From Promethearchaeia archaeon (GTDB taxonomy: Archaea > Asgardarchaeota > Lokiarchaeia > Sigyniarchaeales > SOKP01): a DNA stretch of 64,000 bases. Below the pieces are notes generated by a model, which was not told the DNA's origin, ran no database searches, and saw only the letters and a list, made by a program, of their open reading frames with translations. Positions 1-10,781 of this stretch are shown here, piece after piece. The stretch lies in the NCBI GenBank assembly GCA_029856155.1, contig JAHQWL010000093.1:1-64000 (forward strand), written 5' to 3'. The first letter of the stretch is position 1. Each line of letters begins with the position of its first letter. The position numbers were made by a program, and so were the translations under genes.

Positions 1-250
1 AACCATTTCAAATATCACTTATTTTGTTTTTATTTATATTATTTTAAATTGTTTGATGTTAATATTGATAATTACGATTAACCCAAAGTTATAAAATTTA
101 CTTATTGTCGTATATGAATCAAACAAATCCAAATTTAATTAAGTTTTAATAAAATTCTTTTTTTAACGAATTAGACTTAATTATAATTAAAGTTGTACAC
201 AGTTTTTTGGTTTTAAACTAGTAAATGCGTTCAATAAAGATTGAAATATC

Positions 251-2044
251 TTGAAAGCAAATAAAGATAATATTTGGATATTTACTTTTGAATACGCTGG
301 AATTGTGAAAGTAGGCGGTCTTGGAGAAGTACCTGCAAATCAAGCCAAGCATCTAGCAAATGATTATAATATTACCGTGTTTATTCCTTCCCATGGTCAA
401 CTCGAAAATTTAGGTAAAACTTTTAAATGGCAAAAATTACCATTCAACTGTGTAGGACAAATAAATCCATCGCAGTTTGGAATAAATGAACCAGAAACTA
501 CATATAATATTTCCTTTTATAAATCACAAATCAATAATGTAAATCTTGTATTATTACATGGAGAAAATCCATTTACTAATAGATTTTTAGATGATAAAAT
601 TGTTTACAATCCAGATACCCTTGATGGTAAGATAAGTCTATTTAGCATAGGGATGCGTTGTTATATTGATTTTTTAATTGATACTCGTAAATATAAGTTG
701 CCAGATATAATTCATATTCATGATTATCATGCCATTATACCATTTATTGGAATAAAGCAAATATTAGCTAAAAATGGATTAGATGTGGCCTCTATTATTA
801 CAATCCATTTATTAACTTGGCCAAGATATACCATTGATTTTTATAGAGCATGTGGAATTGATCAGACCCCCATTATCATTCATTTAAAAGAAGGCCTTAA
901 ACCATTAACTCTAGATGAAATTTTCTCTATTTGTTTAAAAAAAAGTGAAGGTTATCATTCCCCAACAGTCGAGATGATAGGAGCATTTGTTAGTGATATA
1001 GTAACAACGGTAAGTCAATCCTATTTAAAATCAGATATTATTCCAAATTGTGGTAAAGAGTTAATTGAATTCAAATCTAATTTTATCTGGGATGGATGTG
1101 ATTGGGATTATGATGAAATTTTTGGGCAGGTATTAAGAAATCATGAACATGAAATAAGAGAAATTTTACAGATACCCCTAGAGAAAGATTTAACATTATC
1201 TGATATGAAAAAATTTTTGTTAACTCATAAGATAGCCCACTTAGATAGAAGTCCATTAATTCAATCAGAGAAAATTTTAAACGTTATTAATGAGATTTCA
1301 AATGGTAATGAATTCGTTAGAAACGGATATATTAAGGCATTTGACGAGACTGGTCCATTAGTAATCACAACTGGAAGGATTTCACCGCAAAAAGGATTTG
1401 AAACTATTTTTGAGGCGATTCCTAAAGTAATAGAGGTTATTCCTGATACTAAATTCTTATTTCTAATATTACCAACAGAATATAGTTTGAATGAAATAAA
1501 GATATATGCCCAGTATGTTAAAAAATATCCAAATAACCTAAGAATTATTTTTGGAGTAGCTACAGATATTTTTTATCTAGCACATATTTCTTCTGATGTT
1601 TATTGCTCTTTATCTCGATGGGAACCTTTTGGAATCATTGCTTTAGAAGCCATGTCTGCAAAATTACCAGTAATCGCAACAAAGGTAGGAGGATTTCAAG
1701 AAACTATAATTGATATTCGAAGTTTTCCAGAAATCGGTACAGGAATTTTAATTGATAAAGATAATCCCACCCAATTTGCTGATGCATTAGTCTCTCTTTT
1801 TAAATTAAAGGAAATTTCTGAGATAGTAAAAGATAAAAAAGATATTTATGAAACAGAAAATCTTCAATTAGTTAATCAGATTCCTGATAAAATACTTGAA
1901 TCCTTAGTTTTATTAGATCCCCATTATTACAATAAGATTAAAGAAAATTGCTATAAAAGAGTAGAACATAACTTTAGATGGAAAATTGTCTCTATGAAAT
2001 TAATCGAGTTGTTTACCATGATAAAGAATCTTCGCTTATCTTAA
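251..2044 (+). CDS. glgA: Glycogen/starch synthase (GT5/GT-B fold)
   Basis: N-terminal KVGGLGEV (KxGGL) motif, HIHDYH, TGRISPQKG, SRWEPFGIIALEAM; TTG start. Confidence 0.85.
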   Translation: MKANKDNIWIFTFEYAGIVKVGGLGEVPANQAKHLANDYNITVFIPSHGQLENLGKTFKWQKLPFNCVGQINPSQFGINEPETTYNISFYKSQINNVNLVLLHGENPFTNRFLDDKIVYNPDTLDGKISLFSIGMRCYIDFLIDTRKYKLPDIIHIHDYHAIIPFIGIKQILAKNGLDVASIITIHLLTWPRYTIDFYRACGIDQTPIIIHLKEGLKPLTLDEIFSICLKKSEGYHSPTVEMIGAFVSDIVTTVSQSYLKSDIIPNCGKELIEFKSNFIWDGCDWDYDEIFGQVLRNHEHEIREILQIPLEKDLTLSDMKKFLLTHKIAHLDRSPLIQSEKILNVINEISNGNEFVRNGYIKAFDETGPLVITTGRISPQKGFETIFEAIPKVIEVIPDTKFLFLILPTEYSLNEIKIYAQYVKKYPNNLRIIFGVATDIFYLAHISSDVYCSLSRWEPFGIIALEAMSAKLPVIATKVGGFQETIIDIRSFPEIGTGILIDKDNPTQFADALVSLFKLKEISEIVKDKKDIYETENLQLVNQIPDKILESLVLLDPHYYNKIKENCYKRVEHNFRWKIVSMKLIELFTMIKNLRLS

Positions 2045-2062
2045 ACTTAAGGAGTTAGACTT

Positions 2063-3286
2063 TTGATTATCTCAAGAAGATCTGTTGTGTTTATTTTACT
2101 CTCTGTTTTTATTATTAATACAGCTGCAATTATAGCTTATACTTACGTGCCTAAATATTTATTATTTTTAGGTATAGAAAAACCATTAATGCAACTTATA
2201 ATTACAATTTTTCCTTTAACTGCTTTTGTTTTTCCACCTTTATATGGTTTTTATTCAGATAAAATTCAAAATAGGTATATTTTTATTTTATTGGGAACTA
2301 TTGGCGTAACTTTTGCTTATTTTTTTTTATTTCTAACCAAGAATTTGATATTAATAGTTATTTTGTTATTTATTTTTGGTTTTTTTATGGCATCATCTAA
2401 CTTATTAATGACATTATTTGCGGAATTAGTAGAAGATGATAAAACACTCATTTCTTATTTTAACGCTTCAGTTGTAGCCGGTTGGTTTGTTGGAGCTCAA
2501 TCTGGTGGCATTTATATTGATTTTTATACAATCGAGCATTTATTTTTGTTTATTTTCCTAATTTCTTTACCAAACATAATTTTAGTGTTTTTTATTAAGG
2601 AAAAGAGATCTTTGATTTTAGAAAGGTATAACAGTAAAATAGAGAAAAATGCCCATAGCCTTGTTTTAAATAATATTGAAGAAGAGATCTCAATTTCTCA
2701 CTCAATTTATTATAGTTTATTTTTTAGAAATTTTAGCATCAAACCAATTATGCCAATCCTAGCAATTATTATGAGTAATTATTTAGGTAGTGATATAGAG
2801 ATTGGATTTTTGATTGGAATAAACTTTTTATTACAATTTTTCCAAATGTTATTAATAGGCAAGATACTTACCAACAAAAATCTTAAACCTTTCATGATTA
2901 TTGGATATACTTTAAGCTCGATTACTATTTTTGGATATATTATCTCAACTAATTTTTGGAGTTATTTATTTTTTCAATTTTTAGTTTCTTTTAGTTATTC
3001 AATGCATTGGGCAGCTACAATAACTTACATAGCTCAGAAGACTTCACCCAGAAATAAAGGAAGGTATATGGGTTATGCTAACACTAGTGTTTTTTCAGGG
3101 AGTTTTGCAGGAGGTCTTTTATTCAGCTTATTATTATCTGCTTTTAACTCAGATTATTTTATTGTTATGTATTTTATGATAATATTTCCTGCAATTTCCA
3201 CTTTAATGATTATCGTGAAATTTAAACCAAACCAAAAAATTACCTTCTCTCCCAAAAAGGGGAAAGATTCTGAAGTATTGCATTAG
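2063..3286 (+). CDS. MFS transporter
   Basis: About 12 hydrophobic segments, GFYSDKIQNR (MFS motif A-like), KGRYMG in the second half; AGGAG before a TTG start, 18 bp after glgA. Confidence 0.85.
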   Translation: MIISRRSVVFILLSVFIINTAAIIAYTYVPKYLLFLGIEKPLMQLIITIFPLTAFVFPPLYGFYSDKIQNRYIFILLGTIGVTFAYFFLFLTKNLILIVILLFIFGFFMASSNLLMTLFAELVEDDKTLISYFNASVVAGWFVGAQSGGIYIDFYTIEHLFLFIFLISLPNIILVFFIKEKRSLILERYNSKIEKNAHSLVLNNIEEEISISHSIYYSLFFRNFSIKPIMPILAIIMSNYLGSDIEIGFLIGINFLLQFFQMLLIGKILTNKNLKPFMIIGYTLSSITIFGYIISTNFWSYLFFQFLVSFSYSMHWAATITYIAQKTSPRNKGRYMGYANTSVFSGSFAGGLLFSLLLSAFNSDYFIVMYFMIIFPAISTLMIIVKFKPNQKITFSPKKGKDSEVLH

Positions 3287-5207
3287 GTTTATCAGGAACT
3301 ATTTCTAATTCTTTTCTTATCCATTCTGAAATCCATTTGTATTTTGCTTTAAATCGGCTATCCATGAAAATTATTGCTCCTTTATCAGAAATCTTTCTTA
3401 TTGGCCTTCCTGAAGCTTGATTTGCTCGCTGAACGGCTGGGTATAAATAAGCGAAATTCCAACCCTGTCTTTTAAATACTTTATCATAATACTTTATTTT
3501 TGCTTCTATTCTCGGGGTTGGTAAATGATAAGGAAATCCAGCAACTATTACAGAATTCATATAGTCCCCTGGATAATCTTCTCCTTCTGAATTTCTCCCT
3601 CCACATACTCCTAATAAAACAGCTCCACTATTTGAAGCCATGCTTTTAAAATCATCCACCAACGTTGCATTTTCAGAGGCGGATAATCCAGGCTCCTCAA
3701 TGAATAATTTTTTGTTATTCCCTTTTGTTATAAGCTCTATTCCATTACTTAATAACCCTTTAAGAATTTTATATGACGCACAAAAAATTCCAACATTTGC
3801 AGGAGTACAAGTTAAAATTTCATTTATTTTTCCAATCATTTTTTTATACATATCCGGAGTTCTATTATCTCTTTTTGTATCTACTCCATCGACAATAATA
3901 GCTTTGATATTTTTCCTTCTAAATGGTGAGTCAGCTATAATTCCTTTATAACTCTTACCGCACTCATTTAATCCCATTAAATTATTATAGACATATGGAT
4001 TCACAGTTCCAGAGAGATTTAAACATGTATAACTTTTTTTTAAAATAGGAATAGCAATTTCTCTAGGATCTAATGCTACAATTTCAAGTGAGATTGACCG
4101 CTTTCCTTTAATTTCCTGAGTATTATAACAAAAAAAATAATTGTCTAATGTATATGTTTTCAACCATTTTAGCCAAAATTCTGCTAAAGAGCCAACGAAA
4201 TCTCGTGAAATTTCTCCATTTGCAAGTTTTTCCTCATGAATAGATACACTATAATCATGGATATCTTCAACAAAATTCTTAAACTTATTCAGATCTTGAA
4301 ATCCTAATTTTATATAAATTGATTGTAACTGTTTCTCTGGTTGAACTGGTTTTTCATTAGAACGTAGATTAATTTTTTGCTCATTTAATTGATCTAATAA
4401 TATTTTAACGAAACTCTGCATCAAAACTGGGGATCGATACATTTCTAGGTCTTTTAAACAGAGCCTTAATGAATATGGTGTGATTTTTTGTGAATTTACT
4501 TCTGTTGCAACATCTATAATATTATGACATTCATCTATAACTAAAATACAATTTTGAAGTTCTTGACCAATGAATTCTAAAAACGAATCTCGAATAAATG
4601 GGTTAAAAATCCATTGATAATTGCATATGATCACTTTCATTGATTCAAGTAAAAATTTACTTAAGAAATACGGACAAAAGTTCTTTTCTTTACAAAATAA
4701 TATGAGATCGTCGGCATCAATTGGTTTATTGAACAATTCTGGTGCAATAGATATTGGATTTTCGACTTGTCCTTTTTTTTTTAACAAATTTAAAAAATAA
4801 ACACAATTTCTATTTTTCCTTAAATCTGTACAGACTGCCATTGCCTCTCTTGGATTTAACTTAAGAGACAGAAGTGTTTTGTTTAGACACATTTCATTTC
4901 TACCTCTTATCGAAAGGCCATTAATATTTACTCCAAGTTTGTCATTGATTACTTTTTGTGAGATTTTTATTAATTCTTTGATGATTCGTCGATTTTGAGA
5001 ATGTGTTCTACACATATAAATAATTTTTAAATTCTTTTCAAAAGCTAAATGGAGTATACTAGATAAGGCAATAATGGTTTTACCTGTCCCATTAGGTGCT
5101 GATAATAATGAGATCTTTTTTGATTTTGAACTTAATTCAATCTGCTTAATGATATTTTCTTGATTTTCTCTGAATTGCTCATAAGGAAAAAAAGATAAAT
5201 AGTTTAT
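3240..5207 (-). CDS. xpd: XPD/Rad3-family Fe-S DNA helicase (extended 64 codons upstream of the ORF-track start at 5015)
   Basis: In-frame upstream translation gives Q-motif FPYEQFRENQ and Walker A APNGTGKT; body has four Fe-S Cys, DECHN, SGT, SEGEDY, QASGRPIR. No ATG/GTG/TTG in frame upstream of 5015; ATA at 5207 proposed as start. Confidence 0.88.
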   Translation of the reverse strand: MNYLSFFPYEQFRENQENIIKQIELSSKSKKISLLSAPNGTGKTIIALSSILHLAFEKNLKIIYMCRTHSQNRRIIKELIKISQKVINDKLGVNINGLSIRGRNEMCLNKTLLSLKLNPREAMAVCTDLRKNRNCVYFLNLLKKKGQVENPISIAPELFNKPIDADDLILFCKEKNFCPYFLSKFLLESMKVIICNYQWIFNPFIRDSFLEFIGQELQNCILVIDECHNIIDVATEVNSQKITPYSLRLCLKDLEMYRSPVLMQSFVKILLDQLNEQKINLRSNEKPVQPEKQLQSIYIKLGFQDLNKFKNFVEDIHDYSVSIHEEKLANGEISRDFVGSLAEFWLKWLKTYTLDNYFFCYNTQEIKGKRSISLEIVALDPREIAIPILKKSYTCLNLSGTVNPYVYNNLMGLNECGKSYKGIIADSPFRRKNIKAIIVDGVDTKRDNRTPDMYKKMIGKINEILTCTPANVGIFCASYKILKGLLSNGIELITKGNNKKLFIEEPGLSASENATLVDDFKSMASNSGAVLLGVCGGRNSEGEDYPGDYMNSVIVAGFPYHLPTPRIEAKIKYYDKVFKRQGWNFAYLYPAVQRANQASGRPIRKISDKGAIIFMDSRFKAKYKWISEWIRKELEIVPDKPNAILQNLSPFWERR

Positions 5208-5307
5208 TTTTGTACACCAATATTTAAATTATGAATTTTATACTACTTTAGAACTTATATTGCCATGGACTATTAAAATTTATTTATTAATAAAGGAATT
5301 TTCAAAA

Positions 5308-6744
5308 TTAATCGTGTAATATTGGGTTTCTTGCTGCTAAAACCGCATCCAAACGCTTAACGGGCATATTATGAGGAGCCTTCTTTAGAATTTCAGGATC
5401 TTGCTTTGCCTCTTCATAGATTTTATTCATTACTTCAACAAAATATTCTAAGGATTGTTTTGATTCTGTTTCAGTCGGTTCAATCATCATAGCTCCTGAA
5501 ATAATTAATGGAAAATAAATTGTAGGAGCATATATTCCATAATCGAGAATACGCTTTGCTATATCATCGGTTGAGACTTCATTGGGCATATTTCGATCTG
5601 AAATTACAAACTCATGTTGGCAAATTCGGTTATAAGGGAGATCATAATTCACTTGTAAAAGAACTCTTACATAATTAGCATTTAAAACAGCAATTTGACC
5701 AACCTTTCTTAAACCTTCAGCACCTAAGGCTAATATATAAGCATAGGCTCTCACAATTACCCCAAAATTACCCCAAAAAGCCTTCACTCTTCCTATTGAT
5801 TTGTCATTGTTTTCTCTACATACAACTCCTAGCTTTGTTGAAATTAAACAAGGTTCAGGAAGAAAAGGAATAAGTTCAGTTACCACTCCAATGGGTCCAG
5901 ATCCAGGTCCCCCGCCACCATGTGGCGTTGAAAAAGTTTTATGTAAATTTAAATGAATAATATCAAATCCCATATCTCGAGGACGACAGATTCCTAACAT
6001 TGGATTTAAATTTGCACCATCGTAATAACATAATCCTCCATGTTCATGAACGATTCTCGTGATCTCCTTGATTTGTCTATCAAAAACACCAAGAGTATTA
6101 GGATTTGTAAGCATGATTCCAGCGACATCACCATCTTGCATAGCAAATTTTAATTGATCCAATGGAACCTCTCCTTGCTTATTTGATTGTAATTCTATAA
6201 TTGAAAATCCCGCCATTCTTGCCGACGCTGGATTAGTTCCATGAGCAGAATCTGGAATAATAATTTTTTGTTTTTTAGTTTGCTTATTTTCGAAATATTT
6301 TTTCATTATTAGTAAGCCTACCAATTCTCCATGAGCTCCAGCTGCTGGTTGTAGTGTAAATCCATCCATTCCTGTTATTTCTCCTAATAGTATTGAGAAA
6401 TGATAGAGTAATTCAAGCGAACCTTCATTTTCTTCTTGTAAAGGATGAATATTAGTAAATCCTAGTAACCTTACAATATTTTCATTGATCTTAGGGTTAT
6501 ATTTCATGGTACAAGAGCCTAATGGATAGATCCCAGTATCTACTCCATAAGTTTTATTACTTAATTTGATGAAGTGCCGAACTATATCTATTTCTGGAAC
6601 GTTGGGAATTGGTAATTCATTTCGTAATAATTTTTCCGGGATGATTTTATCTAGATTTATTTCATCGATATCCATTTTAGGAACATAATTCTGTTGCTCA
6701 GCATTATTTCCCTTTTCGAATATTAATTGTATATTAGAGCTCAT
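5308..6744 (-). CDS. gcvPB: Glycine cleavage P-protein subunit 2
   Basis: YPLGSCTMKYNP, QPAAGAHGE, HLNLHKTFSTPHGGGGPG (PLP lysine). Confidence 0.96.
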   Translation of the reverse strand: MSSNIQLIFEKGNNAEQQNYVPKMDIDEINLDKIIPEKLLRNELPIPNVPEIDIVRHFIKLSNKTYGVDTGIYPLGSCTMKYNPKINENIVRLLGFTNIHPLQEENEGSLELLYHFSILLGEITGMDGFTLQPAAGAHGELVGLLIMKKYFENKQTKKQKIIIPDSAHGTNPASARMAGFSIIELQSNKQGEVPLDQLKFAMQDGDVAGIMLTNPNTLGVFDRQIKEITRIVHEHGGLCYYDGANLNPMLGICRPRDMGFDIIHLNLHKTFSTPHGGGGPGSGPIGVVTELIPFLPEPCLISTKLGVVCRENNDKSIGRVKAFWGNFGVIVRAYAYILALGAEGLRKVGQIAVLNANYVRVLLQVNYDLPYNRICQHEFVISDRNMPNEVSTDDIAKRILDYGIYAPTIYFPLIISGAMMIEPTETESKQSLEYFVEVMNKIYEEAKQDPEILKKAPHNMPVKRLDAVLAARNPILHD

Positions 6745-6746
6745 AG

Positions 6747-8087
6747 TTATTTTTCCTCCACTTTATTATTTGAGCTTATATATGCTGCTTTAAGAAAATT
6801 ATCAATTGATTCTTTTGAGTTCATTTCAGTAACACAAACTAATGCAATATTTTTCATTTCAGGATAATACTTTGATATTTTGAGAGGAGGTTGGATGTCA
6901 TATTCTTTACATTGTTTAATAAAAGAATTAATGTTAGGAGTTTTCACTAAAAACTCATTGTAAGTTGGTTTCTTATTTAATATTTCAAAGTGAGGAATTT
7001 TACTAAGTTCATTTTTTACGTAATGGGTTTTTTGAATGTTCTGCGTAGCCACTTCTTTTAAACCCGTTCTTCCTAAAGCTAATAAATAAGTTAATGCTGC
7101 TAATGAACATAAAGCTTGATTAGTACAGATATTAGAACTAGCTTTTTCTCTACGAATATGTTGTTCACGTGCTTGTAAAGTTAATATAAAACCATGATTT
7201 TGGCCATCAATTTCTTTAGTTTTTCCAACCAGTCTTCCCGGCATCTTTCTTAAATACTTCTGTTTAACAGCAAAAATTCCTAAACCAGGTCCACCAAAAG
7301 AAGGGCTTAAACCAAATGATTGTCCTTCAGCAACGAAAATATCTATATCAGCTGAGCCAGGAGGGACTAAAACTCCTAAACATGTTGGATCTGTCATGAC
7401 TTGAATAATTATACAATTAGGGCAACTATCCCTTACGATTTTTGTAATTTTTGAGCTATCTTCAATATCACCAAAAAAATTAGGACTCTGAAAAATTAAC
7501 GCTGCCACATCTCCGTCTAGTTTATTTTTTAGATTTTCTTCATTAACTTTTTCTAAATTTATATTTTGCCCCCAACAATAAGTCTTAACAACATCTTCAT
7601 ATTCGGGGTGAACTCCTTCAAGTATTACTACTCTATTTTTATGGGTAATGATTCCAGCCATAATTGCCGCTTCAGCAAGAGCAGTGGATCCATCATACAT
7701 ACTAGCATTTGATACATCCATTTGTGTTAATCGAGATATTATTGTTTGATATTCATATATTGCCTGTAAATAACCCTGGCTAGCTTCAGCTTGATATGGT
7801 GTATAAGAAGTATAAAATTCAGATCGGGAGATAACAAAATCAACAAGCGAGGGGATATAATGATAATAACACCCAGCTCCTAAGAATGAATTCAAGTATA
7901 TTTTATTCTTATGAGAAATTTTCTCTAATTGACGTAAAAGATCTGATTCAGAAAGTCCAGAGGGTAAATTTAGTTTTTCAATAATTAGATCATTTGGGAT
8001 ATCTTGAAAGAGTTCTTGTAAAGATTTCACACCAATTACATCTAACATTTCCGCAATTGTCTTATTATCATGAGGTATAAAATCCAA
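6747..8087 (-). CDS. gcvPA: Glycine cleavage P-protein subunit 1
   Basis: EFYTSYTPYQAEASQG, NASMYDG, LQAREQHIRREKASSNICTNQAL. Confidence 0.96.
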   Translation of the reverse strand: MDFIPHDNKTIAEMLDVIGVKSLQELFQDIPNDLIIEKLNLPSGLSESDLLRQLEKISHKNKIYLNSFLGAGCYYHYIPSLVDFVISRSEFYTSYTPYQAEASQGYLQAIYEYQTIISRLTQMDVSNASMYDGSTALAEAAIMAGIITHKNRVVILEGVHPEYEDVVKTYCWGQNINLEKVNEENLKNKLDGDVAALIFQSPNFFGDIEDSSKITKIVRDSCPNCIIIQVMTDPTCLGVLVPPGSADIDIFVAEGQSFGLSPSFGGPGLGIFAVKQKYLRKMPGRLVGKTKEIDGQNHGFILTLQAREQHIRREKASSNICTNQALCSLAALTYLLALGRTGLKEVATQNIQKTHYVKNELSKIPHFEILNKKPTYNEFLVKTPNINSFIKQCKEYDIQPPLKISKYYPEMKNIALVCVTEMNSKESIDNFLKAAYISSNNKVEEK

Positions 8088-8145
8088 ACTATCTCTCCTT
8101 TTAAGAATTTATTACAAATTAATTAAAACAATAAAGAAAAAAATA

Positions 8146-8541
8146 TTAATTTTCTTCGTTTTGGATTATTTGTTTATATTTATCAGCAGATAAAAGCTCA
8201 TCTAGTTCATTCACATGAGAATATTCAATCTTTATCATCCATCCCTCTGTAAATGGAGAAGAATTAGCAAATTCGGGATTATCGACGACTTTTTGGTTAA
8301 TCCCAATAATTTCTCCTGATAATGGCATAATTAAATCACCAACAGCTTTTACTGATTCAATTTCGGCAGCATTACTTCCCCTTTCAAATACCATACCAAC
8401 TTCAGGAAGTTCTACAAATACGATATCACCTAATTGATGTTGGGCATAGTCAGTAATTCCGACTGTTGCGACAGAATTTTCAATTCTTATCCATTCATGA
8501 GTTGATGTGTATTTTAAACCATCAGGGCATTTGTAATCCAT
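8146..8541 (-). CDS. gcvH: Glycine cleavage H protein
   Basis: HEWIR, VGITDYAQ, IESVKAV (lipoyl lysine); ATG at 8541 follows a GTGA SD-like motif (track start 8550 is the GTG of that motif). Confidence 0.95.
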   Translation of the reverse strand: MDYKCPDGLKYTSTHEWIRIENSVATVGITDYAQHQLGDIVFVELPEVGMVFERGSNAAEIESVKAVGDLIMPLSGEIIGINQKVVDNPEFANSSPFTEGWMIKIEYSHVNELDELLSADKYKQIIQNEEN

Positions 8542-8566
8542 AATTTTCACATCTTAATAATATTAT

Positions 8567-9664
8567 TCATACATTTCTATGAAAGGGTGTAGAAACAATT
8601 TTTCCTCTTAAGAATTTATTTCGAATTTCTATTTCAATTTCAGTTCCTATTTCTTTATATTGTTTGTCCACAATTCCTAAACCAATAGTTTTTTTTAGAG
8701 TGGGAGAATATCCACCAGAAGTGACAAATCCAATTTGATTACCACTTTTAAAGATTTTATAATTTTCTCTAATAATTCCCTTGTCTATTAAATTAAGACC
8801 GACGATAATTCTTTTTGTTCCTTCTGATTTTTGTTTCATCAATACATCTTTGCCTATATAATTAATCCCTTCTTTAGGTTTTACTAACCAACTAAGCCCT
8901 GCTTCCACTGGAGTAATAGCATCAGTTATTTCATGACCATACAAAGAATAACAAGCTTCTAATCTCAATGAATCTCTCGCTCCTAAGCCAGCTGGACTAG
9001 CTCCAGTATTTAGTAGTTCATTCCATATCGTTTCTGCAAATTCATTTTCAAAGGAGATTTCAAATCCGCGTTCACCTGTGTATCCGGTTCTGGCTATGAA
9101 GATAGGTTTACCTCTAATACTGCAATGTGCAAAATAAAACCTATTAATTTGAGAAAGATCAACATCCACAAGAGGTTGAAGAATTTCATCCGCCTTTGGA
9201 CCTTGAAATGCTATTCGCGATCTTTTTGTTGAAAGATTTGTGATTTGGATATCAAATTCTCCTTTATGTTCATTAAGCCATTGTAAGTCTTTTTCAATAT
9301 TTCCCGCATTAACAATCATTCTAAAACGCTCGGGAGTTTCCTCATAATATACAAGATCATCTACAACGGTTCCATTTTCATAACACATGCATGAGTATTG
9401 ACCTTTAGATGGTTCCAATAAATTCAAATCATTTATCATTACATACTGGAGGAATTCTATGACATTTTTACCTTCGAGAAGAAATTCACCCATATGTGAG
9501 ATATCAAATATACCAGCGTAAGAACGCACGGCTTTATGTTCCTTGATAATACTTTCATATTGAACTGGCATCTCCCATCCGGCAAAGCTAACCATCCGTG
9601 CTCCAAGTTTTATATGAATGTCGTATAGTGCAGTTTTTCTAACATCATTAGGATTATCACTCAA
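8567..9664 (-). CDS. gcvT: Glycine cleavage T protein (aminomethyltransferase)
   Basis: FAGWEMPVQY, FDISHMG, ARTGYTGERGFE, GLGARDSLRLEA; likely TTG start at 9664 (track start 9679). Confidence 0.95.
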   Translation of the reverse strand: MSDNPNDVRKTALYDIHIKLGARMVSFAGWEMPVQYESIIKEHKAVRSYAGIFDISHMGEFLLEGKNVIEFLQYVMINDLNLLEPSKGQYSCMCYENGTVVDDLVYYEETPERFRMIVNAGNIEKDLQWLNEHKGEFDIQITNLSTKRSRIAFQGPKADEILQPLVDVDLSQINRFYFAHCSIRGKPIFIARTGYTGERGFEISFENEFAETIWNELLNTGASPAGLGARDSLRLEACYSLYGHEITDAITPVEAGLSWLVKPKEGINYIGKDVLMKQKSEGTKRIIVGLNLIDKGIIRENYKIFKSGNQIGFVTSGGYSPTLKKTIGLGIVDKQYKEIGTEIEIEIRNKFLRGKIVSTPFHRNV

Positions 9665-9739
9665 AATTTCTACACACACTTAGGGTATTAATGTTTTGGA
9701 CATATATAGTGAAATAAAATAGTATGGATAATTAAAATT

Positions 9740-9765
9740 TTTTGGCTTTCAGAAATGAGCCAAAA
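9740..9765. promoter_or_regulatory. Inverted repeat TTTTGGCT-N10-AGCCAAAA in the divergent gcvT / membrane protein intergenic region
   Basis: Perfect 8-bp arms read directly from the sequence; function inferred. Confidence 0.35.
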
Positions 9766-9839
9766 GCTTAGATTCTTTATGATAATGTTCTAGATTAAAA
9801 CCGTAAAAATTTATTTGTTAGGTATATTTTAATAAAAAA

Positions 9840-10715
9840 ATGAGTGAAAAAAATAACGATAATCATTATTTATCATTAAAAGATTTAATATCCGAAAGTT
9901 TTTTGCGTGATTTGATTTTATTTACTTTCCTTTTTATTTTAATCATTTCGCAATCTTGGGATAATATTTTCTTTTTACTTTTCCCATTGATTACATTTAC
10001 ATTTTCTCTATTCTTTAGAATTCTCAGTACTAATAAGAAGAGAACTGAATTTGAAAAGAGTTATGTTATTTATAATCCTTTCGGCTCCGAAGGAAAAAAT
10101 GCAAATCGGTTGTTTTTCTCAGCACAATTTCAATTGATCTTAATTTTCTGGCTAGGTGCTGAATCATTATACAATCCTCATTTAGTCGATAATTATTATT
10201 TCTATTTTACGGGAATTCTTGTCTTTTTATTTACATTTGGATTTTTTTGGATTTTTATCGATTTGTGGAAGTATTCACGCTTTGAAATTATAACCAGCGA
10301 AATCGAGGGTAAATTAGATTCACAGCTTTCAATTGATTCGAGAAATATTATATCTTTTTTAAAATTGAAGACTTTAAAGATATTCTCTATCATTAACTTC
10401 TTAGTTTTGGTAATTTTAAACATTATTAATTTGATTTTTTTACTTCTATTGAGCAATAATCTAATTTTAGGTATGCAAGTTTATCTCCCAGGCTCACAAT
10501 TGATAACTATCTCATACCTATTATATGGAATTCTTTTTATTTCACCTATTTTGACAATTATAATTCTTATATTAAATTATAGAACTATTAATAATTTCAA
10601 TAAACAAAAGTTAGACAAGCTTATCGAACCACTTCCGAGAAATTTGCAGATTAATATTATTGAAAATCTTAAATCTTTAAACAATAAAATAAAAGAACAA
10701 ATGAAAATAGAATAA
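9840..10715 (+). CDS. Hypothetical multi-pass membrane protein (~6 TM)
   Basis: 291-aa ORF with about six hydrophobic segments and no recognised motif. Confidence 0.7.
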   Translation: MSEKNNDNHYLSLKDLISESFLRDLILFTFLFILIISQSWDNIFFLLFPLITFTFSLFFRILSTNKKRTEFEKSYVIYNPFGSEGKNANRLFFSAQFQLILIFWLGAESLYNPHLVDNYYFYFTGILVFLFTFGFFWIFIDLWKYSRFEIITSEIEGKLDSQLSIDSRNIISFLKLKTLKIFSIINFLVLVILNIINLIFLLLLSNNLILGMQVYLPGSQLITISYLLYGILFISPILTIIILILNYRTINNFNKQKLDKLIEPLPRNLQINIIENLKSLNNKIKEQMKIE

Positions 10716-10781
10716 AAATTTATTAAATTGTCTTTTATATTATTATTAATTTACTCTCAAAAAATAAATAGGTACTGAATC

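Noticed and set aside
3640-3951. Antisense or nested ORFs in the track (e.g. 3640, 10202, 11470, 11869, 14041, 18636, 27696, 32790, 49839, 58565, 63316, 63769)
   Set aside because: They are shadows of well-supported genes on the opposite strand or in another frame and carry no motifs
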